From the NCBI GenBank assembly GCA_021820975.1, contig JAKADA010000008.1:2621-66620 (forward strand): a DNA stretch of 64,000 nucleotides, read 5' to 3'. Every line of letters starts with the position of its first letter. Positions within the stretch are counted from its first letter, which is position 1. Origin of the DNA: Bacillota bacterium (GTDB taxonomy: Bacteria; Bacillota; Bacilli; Alicyclobacillales; SLC66). Below, in pieces: positions 41,592-52,217 of this stretch. The notes beneath the pieces were generated by a model. It did no database searches. It saw nothing but the letters and a program-made list of their open reading frames with translations, and had not been told where the DNA came from. The translations under genes were made by a program, and so were the position numbers.

Positions 41592-41902
41592 TGTGTATGC
41601 TCCAAATAAGCTTTTTTTACAAATCGATGACCAGGTTTTACATAATAACGGTGGAATAATACGTAACCGGCAAATCCATCTAATGTGGTAACGCGGCACC
41701 AGTGTCGATTGATTCTCGACAAGAAATGCAACATCTGCCCCTCACGTATTGTTTTGATGCAAAGGCTACCCAATAGTTGTGGTCTTGACCATAAGCCTAT
41801 ATCGTGACGAATCAATAAAATGGTTACGCAAATGTATTCGTTTCTAGCTTTATTACGCAATATTATTTCACCTCGCGATGGTTCTGTCCCTAGTTTGCCC
41901 AA
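41588..41902 (-). CDS. Hypothetical protein, weak MGMT/YbaZ-like DNA-binding-domain resemblance
   Basis: 104-aa ORF whose stop overlaps the rnz ATG (ATGA). ...INRHWCRVTTLDGFAGY... loosely resembles the PWHRVV/PCHRV region. Composition is odd. Confidence 0.3.
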   Translation of the reverse strand: MGKLGTEPSRGEIILRNKARNEYICVTILLIRHDIGLWSRPQLLGSLCIKTIREGQMLHFLSRINRHWCRVTTLDGFAGYVLFHRYYVKPGHRFVKKAYLEHTQ

Positions 41903-41942
41903 ATCATCGCAATATCATTTGCTTATGAAGTGAAATAACTAC

Positions 41943-41972
41943 TTGACAGTATCGTGACTTTTCCGCTAGAGT
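41943..41972 (+). promoter_or_regulatory. Promoter of the S-box leader (TTGACA-18-TAGAGT)
   Basis: Hexamers read at 41943-41948 and 41967-41972. Confidence 0.5.
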
Positions 41973-41997
41973 AAAGACACAAAATCATATAGGAAAA

Positions 41998-42150
41998 CTC
42001 TTATCGAGAGTGGCGGAGGGACTGGCCCGACGAAGCCCGGCAACCAACATGGTTTTTTTCCATGAGAGGTGCTAAATCCAGCAGGCATTGCCTGAAAGAT
42101 GAGAGAGAACGTCTGGGTTACAGCCGCTTCTCTTCGAAGGGGTTTTTTTA
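41998..42150 (+). promoter_or_regulatory. SAM-I (S-box) riboswitch
   Basis: CTCTTATCGAGAGTGGCGGAGGGACTGGCCCGACGAAGCCCGGCAACC...GGTGCTAAATCCAGCAG...GAAAGATGAGAG matches the S-box core. A U-run at 42143-42149 precedes metY. Confidence 0.92.
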
Positions 42151-42155
42151 TTTGA

Positions 42156-43460
<1,305 letters not shown>

Positions 43461-43483
43461 GTAAAAGAAGAGGCACAGTACCC

Positions 43484-44281
43484 TTAAACGGGTGCCTGTG
43501 CCTTTTTTGTATTTTTGTCGTGATAATACAGTACAACAAATAAGATCAGGCAAATAATCACAACGGGAGCACTTGTCCATTGCGCGGCATCCCAATGAAA
43601 CAAAAATCGAGGGCTGTCTCCCCGTAATATTTCGAGTAAGAAGCGTTCCACATTGTAAAGTACTGTTTCAATTAAAAAAATCCAACCGGGTGGCCAGCGT
43701 CTTTGCTTGAGGATAAGAAGCAAGGCGAAGATCAGTATATCCCCTTGACCTTCCCAAACTTCTGCAGGCCACAGTGGGTGATCTCCATACGTGGCGCGAG
43801 CAAGTGTTCCTTGTGGGTAAAGAAGACCAAAATTCCCACCTGTGGGTGATCCGAAGGCATCACCGTTCATTAAATTCGCGTCCCGACCGATGCTTTGACC
43901 AAGAATAATCCCGGGGGCGCAAAGATCAATCAATTCAAGGAAGCTGATTTTTTTACGTCGTATGTAGATATAGCCTGTGATCAGACTTCCAACTATACCT
44001 CCTTGAATGGATAATCCACCATTCCAGATCGCGATAATTTGCCCGAGATGTTGGCTGTAATAAGCCCAATCAAAGAAAAAAACCTGCCAAATGCGCGATC
44101 CAACGAGACCTCCGATAAATAAGAGCGGTGCAAGGTTGAGTAAATGTTCAACCAAGTACTGCTTTCCTTCCACTTTTGCTAAGTAGACAGTGACACCAAG
44201 TCCTAACAAAAACGCTAAAAGAAACAAGGTGCTGTAGGCTCGCACAGGGAAGGAGCCGATATAAAACCAAAATTGATGCAT
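43484..44281 (-). CDS. lgt: Prolipoprotein diacylglyceryl transferase
   Basis: FPVRAYSTLFLLAFLLG, GGLSIQGG and GRDANLMNGDAFG blocks typical of Lgt. Confidence 0.9.
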   Translation of the reverse strand: MHQFWFYIGSFPVRAYSTLFLLAFLLGLGVTVYLAKVEGKQYLVEHLLNLAPLLFIGGLVGSRIWQVFFFDWAYYSQHLGQIIAIWNGGLSIQGGIVGSLITGYIYIRRKKISFLELIDLCAPGIILGQSIGRDANLMNGDAFGSPTGGNFGLLYPQGTLARATYGDHPLWPAEVWEGQGDILIFALLLILKQRRWPPGWIFLIETVLYNVERFLLEILRGDSPRFLFHWDAAQWTSAPVVIICLILFVVLYYHDKNTKKAQAPV

Positions 44282-44334
44282 GTGTCTCCTCCTTGTCCAT
44301 CATAGAATTAGTTTCCATTATATCGCATAAAGCT

Positions 44335-44358
44335 GATCTCCACCTTAAGGTGGAGATC
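44335..44358. promoter_or_regulatory. Perfect 24-bp palindrome GATCTCCACCTTAAGGTGGAGATC
   Basis: Read directly. Lies in the lgt / liaF-like divergent region and overlaps the -35 area of a minus-strand TATAAT (44318-44323). Confidence 0.4.
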
Positions 44359-44446
44359 AACCATTACGCAAGACCGTAGTCAAAAAAAACTTCGTACGGT
44401 AGACTGAATTCATCCTTTAAGGTAAGGAAATAAGGAGCGGATTACC

Positions 44447-45184
44447 GTGAAAAAAACGCTAGGAATCGCAATCATTGTTTATGGAGCCTTAATTTTATTG
44501 TCAGCTCTTGGCTTGTTGCATTTTTCTATTGGATACTATTTTAACTTATTGTGGCCTATTGTACTCATTCTTTGGGGTCTCGAGATGTTAATCAGCCATG
44601 TGGCTCGTGGCAGGCGAGGTTTCTTTTTTCCTATTGTTTTGGTCGTTGTTGGATTGCTCCTTTTATTGCATAATTTCGACTTTTTTGGTTTTGTTTTAGT
44701 TCACCCTGTTTCTCTCATCTTTGCCATTCTTGTTCTTTATATTGGGTTCTCCATCATTTCGCCTCGGTCATTTCGTTTTCGGCATTTCCGTCATTTTGAA
44801 ATGGATAAAAAAAAACTGAAGTCAACGCGAGTTGGCGAAACTCGACTAGGTGACGAGCCATGGCATCTTGAACCGTTATACATCGACAACATCGCTGGAT
44901 CGGTTCGCATCAATCTTGCTACAGCCATGGTATCCGAAGGAGAAACGCCTATTGAAATTATTGGCGGTTTTGGTGAAGTCCGTATTCAGGTACCAGAAGG
45001 AATGGCTATCGATGCAATGGCCGAGGTAACGGGGGGAGAAGTTCGGTTATTTCACCGTCATGTCAGCGGTTTAGGGACTAATCAGTTAACCTATATTGAC
45101 GATGGTTATGCAACTTCTTTAAGCAAAGTTAAGATCCGTATACGACTACGCTTTGGCGATATCCGTGTGACGAGGGCTAACTAA
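44447..45184 (+). CDS. LiaF-like cell-wall-active-antibiotic response membrane protein
   Basis: N-terminal TM helices plus a C-terminal beta-rich domain; gene order F-S-R; GTG start after AAGGAG. Confidence 0.7.
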   Translation: MKKTLGIAIIVYGALILLSALGLLHFSIGYYFNLLWPIVLILWGLEMLISHVARGRRGFFFPIVLVVVGLLLLLHNFDFFGFVLVHPVSLIFAILVLYIGFSIISPRSFRFRHFRHFEMDKKKLKSTRVGETRLGDEPWHLEPLYIDNIAGSVRINLATAMVSEGETPIEIIGGFGEVRIQVPEGMAIDAMAEVTGGEVRLFHRHVSGLGTNQLTYIDDGYATSLSKVKIRIRLRFGDIRVTRAN

Positions 45185-45186
45185 GC

Positions 45187-46245
45187 ATGAAGGAACGCAT
45201 GATCTTTGTTAGTGTTCTCATTGGCATATTGAGTGCGGTATTCTCTGTCATCGAAATGTTTTTATTTACACAGTCGATAGTGTTTGAACGCATGGTGCTG
45301 TGGTTTTCCTCTATATCAGGGTATTCACTCATTATGGCAAAGCCTGTGACCATCATAGCTCTTGGTATCGTTGTGTTCCTGCTATCAGGTAGTTCATCAC
45401 TTGTGATCCTTGTGTGGGCTAATCGTGAACTCCGTCATCGTATAGCCACGTTAGCTGATGTGAGTGCGATGTATCTTGCTGGAAGAGTAGGCAAAGATAC
45501 AGCACTTAAGGGTTATGATGACATGGCTACAACAGCTGCTAATATGTATAAGCTGGCGAGTCAAGTACAGGATCAAGCCTTGCTCTTGCAAAAAGACACT
45601 GTGTTGCGGGCCACCAAAGAGGAGCGAGCTAGGTTAAGTCGTGAATTACACGATCGCGTCAGTCAGGATTTATTTGGGTTATCTTTGATGTCACGCGCAC
45701 TTGTGTTGCAGTCACAAAGAGAAGTTCCACAAAATAGTAATCATCAACTTGCAGAACTTGACGAATTAATTACCAAAATTCAGAGAAATTTGCGTGGTAT
45801 ATTGCTTGAATTACGTCCCGTTGAATTACAAGAGCGTACACTGGAAGATGCGTTACGACAATTGAGTAAAGAATTGGCAGGACGCATCGCAATCGATGTG
45901 ACCGTTCAAATTTCCCCCAATCAACAAGATGAGACACAGGAAAGTGTAGATCAAGCTTTGTTTCTTATCGCACAGCAGGCTCTTAGTAATGCGATTCAAC
46001 ATGCAAAAGCTACGTCAATTTCTGTGCGTCTTGATCGCGAGAGGGAACGAACAGTGCTATCGGTGGCCGATAATGGGATTGGATTACCAGAGGGCAAAGT
46101 TGGCGTAACATCTATAGGTTTTGACGCCATGTCTGAACGAGCGATGGAAGTAGGGGGGCATTGCATGTGGCAAACTCCTGCGCGCGGTGGTACTGAAGTA
46201 TTCGTTATCATCCCTCGCAGATCCCACGAGACTGTAGATCAATAA
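45187..46245 (+). CDS. LiaS-like sensor histidine kinase (HisKA_3 type)
   Basis: H-box RLSRELHDRVSQDLF plus the ATPase N/G boxes. Confidence 0.85.
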   Translation: MKERMIFVSVLIGILSAVFSVIEMFLFTQSIVFERMVLWFSSISGYSLIMAKPVTIIALGIVVFLLSGSSSLVILVWANRELRHRIATLADVSAMYLAGRVGKDTALKGYDDMATTAANMYKLASQVQDQALLLQKDTVLRATKEERARLSRELHDRVSQDLFGLSLMSRALVLQSQREVPQNSNHQLAELDELITKIQRNLRGILLELRPVELQERTLEDALRQLSKELAGRIAIDVTVQISPNQQDETQESVDQALFLIAQQALSNAIQHAKATSISVRLDRERERTVLSVADNGIGLPEGKVGVTSIGFDAMSERAMEVGGHCMWQTPARGGTEVFVIIPRRSHETVDQ

Positions 46246-46258
46246 GGGAGGGTTGAAG

Positions 46259-46879
46259 ATGATTCGCATCCTACTTGTCGATGATCACGAAATTGTACGC
46301 AAAGGATTGCAAGTTTTTCTTAACCTACAAGAAGATTTCCTGATTATTGGTGAAGCCAAAGATGGGCAAGAAGCGGTAGAACGGTACCGTCAACAAAAAC
46401 CTGACGTTGTGTTACTCGATTTGCAGATGGAGCCAGTTGATGGTTTAACAGCCTTACGGCAGATCAAAGAAATGGATGAACAGGCAAAAGTGATCGTGTT
46501 AACCAGCTTTTTAGATCCGACTCACGTGCTTCCGGCTGTTGAATCCGGGGCCATGGGTTATCTTGTAAAAACTACGGATGCACAAGCCATCGCTTTGGCA
46601 ATTCGTAACGTCGTAGTAGGGAAGTCGATGTTTGATGCTGAACTTATGCAATCGATGGCAAAAGGTATTCGGGAAAGAGCTGATCTTCAAGATTTGACGC
46701 CACGAGAGTTGGACGTTTTGGGCCTGCTGGCAAAAGGGTTATCCAACCAGGAAATAGCCGATACACTCGTTATTGGTATAAAAACAGTAAAAACACACGT
46801 AAGTAATATATTGGCTAAATTGGGTTTGCAGGATCGAACGCAAGCAGCAGTTTATGCGATCGAGCATGGCGTAAAATGA
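46259..46879 (+). CDS. NarL/LuxR-family response regulator (LiaR-like)
   Basis: MIRILLVDDHEIVR receiver and LTPRELDVLGLLAKGLSNQEIA HTH. ATG 46259 lies 6 nt after AGGGAGGG. Confidence 0.9.
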   Translation: MIRILLVDDHEIVRKGLQVFLNLQEDFLIIGEAKDGQEAVERYRQQKPDVVLLDLQMEPVDGLTALRQIKEMDEQAKVIVLTSFLDPTHVLPAVESGAMGYLVKTTDAQAIALAIRNVVVGKSMFDAELMQSMAKGIRERADLQDLTPRELDVLGLLAKGLSNQEIADTLVIGIKTVKTHVSNILAKLGLQDRTQAAVYAIEHGVK

Positions 46880-47012
46880 GTAATTTCATCATGGACTAGT
46901 AGCTCACCGTCTGAAGAGACTAGGTGATTTGGTTGTGAATTTTGCCAGTTGGAGTATAATGAAATGGTAAAAAAGACACTATTCATTTTGAAGGAAGTCT
47001 GGAGGGAAGCAT

Positions 47013-48149
47013 GTGAAGGAACGTGAGGCACAATTTTTAGAAGGTCTTGAGGATGTAGTTGCTCTTTCATCCGAAATTTGTTTCATTGATGGTGAGGAAG
47101 GCAGACTCGTCTATCGTGGATATGATATTCACGACTTGGTTGGCGGTGGTTGCTCCTTTGAAGAAGTTATTTACCTTTTATGGCATGGCGAATTACCATC
47201 ACAACAGCAATTGAAGGATTTTCAAGCTCTACTTGTGTCACAGCGGGAACTTAGTTCAGAAGTTGTTACTACATTACATACACTTCCTAAAGATGGAAAT
47301 GTCATGGAAATGCTTCGTACATTAGTTTCGGTTTCAGGCCTTTTTGATCCTGAAAATACAGATTCATCTTATGAAGCCAGCGTAAGAAAAGCTATTCGCC
47401 TCGTTGCCAAATTTCCAACTATGGTTACCGCCATTGAACACTATAAAAATGGACAAGAAGCGGTTCAACCGAATCCAAACTTGAGTTATGCCGGAAATTT
47501 CCTTTATATGTTGGATGGAAAAATCCCTAGTGATTATAATACAAGAGCTTTTGAAATCGCTTTAATTTTGCATGCGGATCATGAACTCAATGCATCAACA
47601 TTTTCTGCACGCGTGACGGCAGCTACATTGTCAGATATTTATTCAGCTGTCACATCAGCTGTAGGCACGTTAAAAGGACCGTTGCATGGCGGAGCTAATG
47701 AACAGGTCATGCTGATGCTTAAAGAGATTGACGACGTAGCAACGGCAGAAGAATGGATCACAAAAGCGCTTAAAGATAAGCGTCGTATCATGGGTTTTGG
47801 TCATCGCGTATATCATACAGAAGATCCGCGTGCTACGCATTTGCGCAAAATGTCCAAAGAAATGGGCGAACGTGCAAATGACACGAAGTATTATGAGATG
47901 TCTCAGATCATCGAACGGGTAGTCAAAGAGCAAAAACACTTGAATCCGAATGTGGATTTTTACTCAGCATCAACGTATTACAAAATGGGAATTCCCATTC
48001 ACTTGTTTACTCCTGTTTTCGCGGTAAGTCGGATCTCTGGATGGACTGCGCATGTACTCGAACAATATCGTAATAATCGCTTGATTCGCCCTCGTGCAGA
48101 GTTTGTTGGAATTCGCCGTCGGGCTTACGTACCATTGCAGGACCGTTAA
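47013..48149 (+). CDS. Citrate synthase (or 2-methylcitrate synthase)
   Basis: GPLHGGANE and GFGHRVY catalytic motifs; 378 aa; GTG start. Confidence 0.9.
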   Translation: MKEREAQFLEGLEDVVALSSEICFIDGEEGRLVYRGYDIHDLVGGGCSFEEVIYLLWHGELPSQQQLKDFQALLVSQRELSSEVVTTLHTLPKDGNVMEMLRTLVSVSGLFDPENTDSSYEASVRKAIRLVAKFPTMVTAIEHYKNGQEAVQPNPNLSYAGNFLYMLDGKIPSDYNTRAFEIALILHADHELNASTFSARVTAATLSDIYSAVTSAVGTLKGPLHGGANEQVMLMLKEIDDVATAEEWITKALKDKRRIMGFGHRVYHTEDPRATHLRKMSKEMGERANDTKYYEMSQIIERVVKEQKHLNPNVDFYSASTYYKMGIPIHLFTPVFAVSRISGWTAHVLEQYRNNRLIRPRAEFVGIRRRAYVPLQDR

Positions 48150-48217
48150 ATCCAAAAAGTTACAAGAGTAGACTCCTTCGGGGCGGGCACAATACTAGCA
48201 CGAAGGAGGTGGTCAGC

Positions 48218-48436
48218 GTGGCACAAGGACAAAAATCCAACACGCTATTAGTGAAAGGCGCAGGTCGGGCACTTGATCAATTGAAGTATGAGGTGGCTGG
48301 TGAGTTAGGTATTCAACCCCCTCAAGATGGGTATTGGGGAACGATGACAACGCGGGATACTGGGTCAATTGGTGGCCACATCACTCGTAAATTGGTTGCG
48401 CTTGCTGAACAACAACTCGCAGGTCGTTCTCAATAA
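48218..48436 (+). CDS. Alpha/beta-type small acid-soluble spore protein
   Basis: ALDQLKYEVAGELGI ... TTRDTGSIGGHITRKLV signature. GTG 48218 follows AAGGAGG. Confidence 0.9.
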   Translation: MAQGQKSNTLLVKGAGRALDQLKYEVAGELGIQPPQDGYWGTMTTRDTGSIGGHITRKLVALAEQQLAGRSQ

Positions 48437-48449
48437 GTTCTACAGTTTG

Positions 48450-48477
48450 GAACCCTCGCCTAGCGGGGGTTCTTTTC
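48450..48477 (+). terminator. Terminator after the SASP gene
   Basis: GAACCCTCG / CGGGGGTTC stem followed by TTTT. Confidence 0.7.
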
Positions 48478-48497
48478 GTATGCGTGTTTATTTACAA

Positions 48498-48534
48498 AAA
48501 GAAGGCTTGACCTGTTATCGGACAAGCCTTCTTT
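48498..48534. terminator. Bidirectional terminator
   Basis: 12-bp stem AAAGAAGGCTTG / CAAGCCTTCTTT flanked by A- and T-runs. Confidence 0.8.
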
Positions 48535-48557
48535 TTGTTTATAGGCACAAAGATTAA

Positions 48558-48983
48558 TTAATGGACGTGCGTTTGTTCGGAAATATCACTCAGTGCATTC
48601 CCTGCTTCGTCAATGTGGATGTCGATGACAGCTAGGTCACCAAGAGCAACCATACCGATCAATTCGCCATTTTCCACGACGGGTAAGCGTCTAATTTGTT
48701 CAGATGCCATGAGTCTCGCTGCATCGTGCGCATCGGTTTCTGGACTGCAGGTGACTGGATTTTTCGACATGCAAAAAGCTACCGTTGTCGTTTTAGGGTC
48801 TTGATTAGCGGCAATGCACCGGATGACAATATCGCGATCAGTGATGACACCAATAAGTTTGTTGTTTTGTACCACAGGCATGGAACCAATATCATGTGCT
48901 AACATGTCTTTGGCAGCTTCAAAGCATGTCGTATCTTGAGAACATGTGATGATATTTTTGGTCATGAATTCACGGATCTTCAT
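48558..48983 (-). CDS. CBS-pair domain protein
   Basis: Two CBS repeats (MTKNIITC... / MSKNPVTC... RLPVVENGELIGMVALGDL). ATG 48983 lies 8 nt after GGGAGG. Confidence 0.85.
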   Translation of the reverse strand: MKIREFMTKNIITCSQDTTCFEAAKDMLAHDIGSMPVVQNNKLIGVITDRDIVIRCIAANQDPKTTTVAFCMSKNPVTCSPETDAHDAARLMASEQIRRLPVVENGELIGMVALGDLAVIDIHIDEAGNALSDISEQTHVH

Positions 48984-49014
48984 GTACAATACCTCCCTTG
49001 TATCAATTCGGGCT

Positions 49015-49392
49015 TTAGTGTGTGCGAGAAAAGGCTTTTTTACGCACCCAAATTAGTATGCTGTTACCCAATCCATAAAATCCCCATATGCCTGTGATTA
49101 CGTGCAGCGCATTTTCGAGCGGCAAGGGATAGGGATCTAACCATGCAGGTACCATTGTACCAATCGCTCCCCAACTAAGCAGGAGTAAGCCAACCAGGAT
49201 AGCATAAAATCGAGTTATGCCAATCGTTCCGTAACGAGCTACAGTCAACCCAATCATGCCAATGGCAAAATGCATATACATCATGTTGCCGCCTACGTGA
49301 AACATATGCCATAAGTGATTTGTAAATAGTCCTACTACACCAAGCGCAAAATATAACCAGCCTGTTACGCGGGCATACCTATAATCGGCCAT
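49015..49392 (-). CDS. Small 4-TM membrane protein (DUF4383-like, tentative)
   Basis: Start at ATG 49392 after GGAGG; four hydrophobic helices. Confidence 0.55.
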   Translation of the reverse strand: MADYRYARVTGWLYFALGVVGLFTNHLWHMFHVGGNMMYMHFAIGMIGLTVARYGTIGITRFYAILVGLLLLSWGAIGTMVPAWLDPYPLPLENALHVITGIWGFYGLGNSILIWVRKKAFSRTH

Positions 49393-49476
49393 ATGCACGC
49401 CTCCTATGAGAGTCATGCAATAAGTTTATGGGACATGTTTACGTGGTAGACCATCGTAAGAAAGGAATGATGCTGT

Positions 49477-49701
49477 ATGTCAGAGAAAGATGCTGTTTGG
49501 AGGGAAACACCTTTGGATCATTGGTCAACGGCTATTGACCCTGCCATCATGGCTGGTGATGAGTGGGTTGAACCCGGGGATCCAGGGCTCGCCAAAGCTG
49601 TAACAAAAGATGACGAAGAAAATCTTGACTTAACGAAGCAAGCTATGATGGGCAAATTTCAACATCCACAACATGACTCAAGTTATGGTACGGATAGCTA
49701 A
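49477..49701 (+). CDS. Hypothetical acidic 74-aa protein
   Basis: ORF with an AAAGGA RBS; no recognisable motif. Confidence 0.4.
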   Translation: MSEKDAVWRETPLDHWSTAIDPAIMAGDEWVEPGDPGLAKAVTKDDEENLDLTKQAMMGKFQHPQHDSSYGTDS

Positions 49702-49796
49702 TCTGGCTAGTGGGTGGGAAATTTTCTCACCCATTCTTAACAAAAACGCCAAAATGCGTTATAACAAAGGACAGGGTATAATCTTGGCGAAGTTGG

Positions 49797-50645
49797 GTGA
49801 GCAGGATGAAGGAAAGGCGTCTACATAAGTCTTTTGGCGATCGCCTTTTAGAAGGCGTCTTGTCCCTGATAGCGGTATTTATATTTTGCGTGTTTTTTCT
49901 TCTTATCTATAAATTCGTAATTGGGTCACTACCAGCATGGCAACATATTGGTTTTTTTAAATTAGTGTCAAGACAATGGAACCTTGTTCGTGGGCAGTAT
50001 GGTGTTTTACCATTGATTTATGGAACATTTGTGACTTCCTTACTTGCTGTTGTGTTAGCAACCATCACTGGTGTGGCTTTAGCTATCGTTTTGTCGCAAT
50101 ATGATTGGCCATGGTTTAATCGCCCAATGTTGTTATTTGTCGATGGCTTATCGGCGATTCCAAGTGTAATTTACGGATTATGGGGACTTTCTGTGCTGTC
50201 TTATTTTCATCTAAGCGTTGGTATGTACGCAGCAGGCGTTATACTTGCCCTTATGGTATTACCTACGATTGTCAGTACAGTGCGCAAAATTATGAACGCT
50301 GTCCCCGAGGAATTGAAGCAAGGAGCGTTAGCGATTGGAGCAACAAAGGAAGAAATGATTCACATGGTTGTTTTACCGTATGCTTTACAAGGCATCCTAG
50401 GTAGTGCTGTGCTTGGCTTGACGAGAGCAATTGGTGAGACAATTGTGATTGTGATGGTACTTGGTTTTCGAGGGCAAACCTTAACGAGTGTGTTGGTGAA
50501 TGATTTTGCTTTGCGAACCCATGCGCTTGTGACATCATCGTTGTATGAAGTTGCTTTGCTACTTTGCCTGGTGGCTATTTTGACTTCCATAGGTGGGCGC
50601 CTTTTGGTTCGATCAGCAAAACGTGGACAGAGGGTGCCTTTATGA
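49797..50645 (+). CDS. pstC: Phosphate ABC transporter permease PstC
   Basis: EAA-type loop LKQGALAIGATKEEMI; 6 TM. Confidence 0.85.
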   Translation: MSRMKERRLHKSFGDRLLEGVLSLIAVFIFCVFFLLIYKFVIGSLPAWQHIGFFKLVSRQWNLVRGQYGVLPLIYGTFVTSLLAVVLATITGVALAIVLSQYDWPWFNRPMLLFVDGLSAIPSVIYGLWGLSVLSYFHLSVGMYAAGVILALMVLPTIVSTVRKIMNAVPEELKQGALAIGATKEEMIHMVVLPYALQGILGSAVLGLTRAIGETIVIVMVLGFRGQTLTSVLVNDFALRTHALVTSSLYEVALLLCLVAILTSIGGRLLVRSAKRGQRVPL

Positions 50646-51448
50646 AGGTACAACCGAATTTGCGTCGTATTAAAAGCAAACTTTGGCTTTTTTTATGGGT
50701 CTTACTAGGCATTGTTGCTGTGCTTCCTGTGATCAGTATGGTGCTTGAAGTAGTTATTCGTGGATTGCAAGGTCTTTCACCAGTTGTTCTTGATCAAGTA
50801 AGCGCTTCATCCTTTGGCGGTAACCTAATTCATGCTGTAGCGGGAACGATTGTCATCACATTATGGACAGCCGCTATGTCCATCCCGATTGCACTTATGG
50901 TTGGCGTGTATTTGGCGGAATATCCTAATTATCGTTTTATGTATGTGCTACGCGGTTTGGTGACTACGATGGCAGATCTTCCAGCCGTTATAGGTGGTTT
51001 ATTTGCTTTTAGTTTCATCACAAAACATAGCGGTGATGGGGCAATTATGTTCAGCTCTATTGCATTATCGTTTGTACTTATGCCACGACTCATACGCGAC
51101 ACAGAGCAGATCCTGCGCACGGTACCTTCTGTCATTCGTGAAGGAGCGCTGTCCATTGGTGCCACAAAAAGACAATTGATTTTTTACGTGTTGTTACCTA
51201 GTTGTTTTCGTCTCTTGGTACGACAGTGGTTGCACGGACTTGCCCGTGTGATGGGTGAAACGGCACCACTCATTTTTACATCGTTTAACGATCAAGCGTT
51301 GACATTGCCTCTTTCTACTTTTACTTTTGCAAAGGGGGCAACGCAAGGCTCACTTCTTGAAGCATGGGGAAGGTCCTTTTTGTTACTGATTTTTGTGTCC
51401 ATCCTGTTGCTTGTCTCAAAGCAGATCAGTCGCAGAGTAGTTCGTTGA
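50642..51448 (+). CDS. pstA: Phosphate ABC transporter permease PstA
   Basis: ATGA overlap with pstC. Loop REGALSIGATKRQLIFYVLLP. Confidence 0.85.
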   Translation: MKVQPNLRRIKSKLWLFLWVLLGIVAVLPVISMVLEVVIRGLQGLSPVVLDQVSASSFGGNLIHAVAGTIVITLWTAAMSIPIALMVGVYLAEYPNYRFMYVLRGLVTTMADLPAVIGGLFAFSFITKHSGDGAIMFSSIALSFVLMPRLIRDTEQILRTVPSVIREGALSIGATKRQLIFYVLLPSCFRLLVRQWLHGLARVMGETAPLIFTSFNDQALTLPLSTFTFAKGATQGSLLEAWGRSFLLLIFVSILLLVSKQISRRVVR

Positions 51449-51463
51449 AAGAAGGCTAGGCTC

Positions 51464-52216
51464 GTGGCAGATGTTGTGGCAGCTCATGATGTTTCTGCGT
51501 ATTATGGACAAACTAAAGTGTTGCGTGGTGTAACCCTTGAAATCAGACCAAACGAAGTAACGGCCATTATTGGCCCACCTGGTTGTGGAAAGTCAACGTT
51601 TGTACGCTGCCTCAATCGCTTGCTTGAAGCGACACCTGATGCGCGAATGACAGGCGATGTTTTTTTAGGTGAACAAAACGTTTACGACATGTCGGCAGAA
51701 GAGACACGTAGAAAAATCGGCATGGTCTTTCACCGCCCTAATCCGTTTCCTACAATGACGATATTTTCGAATGTGGCAGCTGGTTTGCGCCTTCAGGGGT
51801 TGCGCAACCAATCGGGCATCGCCGATCGTGTGGAACGATCATTACGGTCTGCCATGCTCTGGGATGAAGTGAAAGACCGCTTACAGATGCCTGCTGTTCT
51901 TTTGTCTGCGGCACAACAACAACAACTTTGCATTGCACGTGCCTTAGCCGTAGATCCATCGGTGTTGCTTCTTGATGAACCTGCATCGACGTTAAGCCCG
52001 ATGGCGACGCTGCAGATTGAAGAGCTTATTGAGGATTTGAAGACCCATTATACGATTTTGATTGTGACACACAACCTTCAACAAGCGGCTCGAGTAGCTG
52101 ATAAGACAGCCTTTTTTCTTAGTGGTGAGATGGTTGAGTATGGAAAAACCATGCACTTGTTTACGACACCGAAAGATAAACGCACAGAAGATTATGTAAC
52201 AGGCCGCTTTGGATAA
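51464..52216 (+). CDS. pstB: Phosphate ABC transporter ATP-binding protein PstB
   Basis: GPPGCGKST Walker A, LSAAQQQQLCIARAL signature, LLLDEP Walker B, C-terminal YVTGRFG. Confidence 0.92.
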   Translation: MADVVAAHDVSAYYGQTKVLRGVTLEIRPNEVTAIIGPPGCGKSTFVRCLNRLLEATPDARMTGDVFLGEQNVYDMSAEETRRKIGMVFHRPNPFPTMTIFSNVAAGLRLQGLRNQSGIADRVERSLRSAMLWDEVKDRLQMPAVLLSAAQQQQLCIARALAVDPSVLLLDEPASTLSPMATLQIEELIEDLKTHYTILIVTHNLQQAARVADKTAFFLSGEMVEYGKTMHLFTTPKDKRTEDYVTGRFG

Positions 52217-52217
52217 C

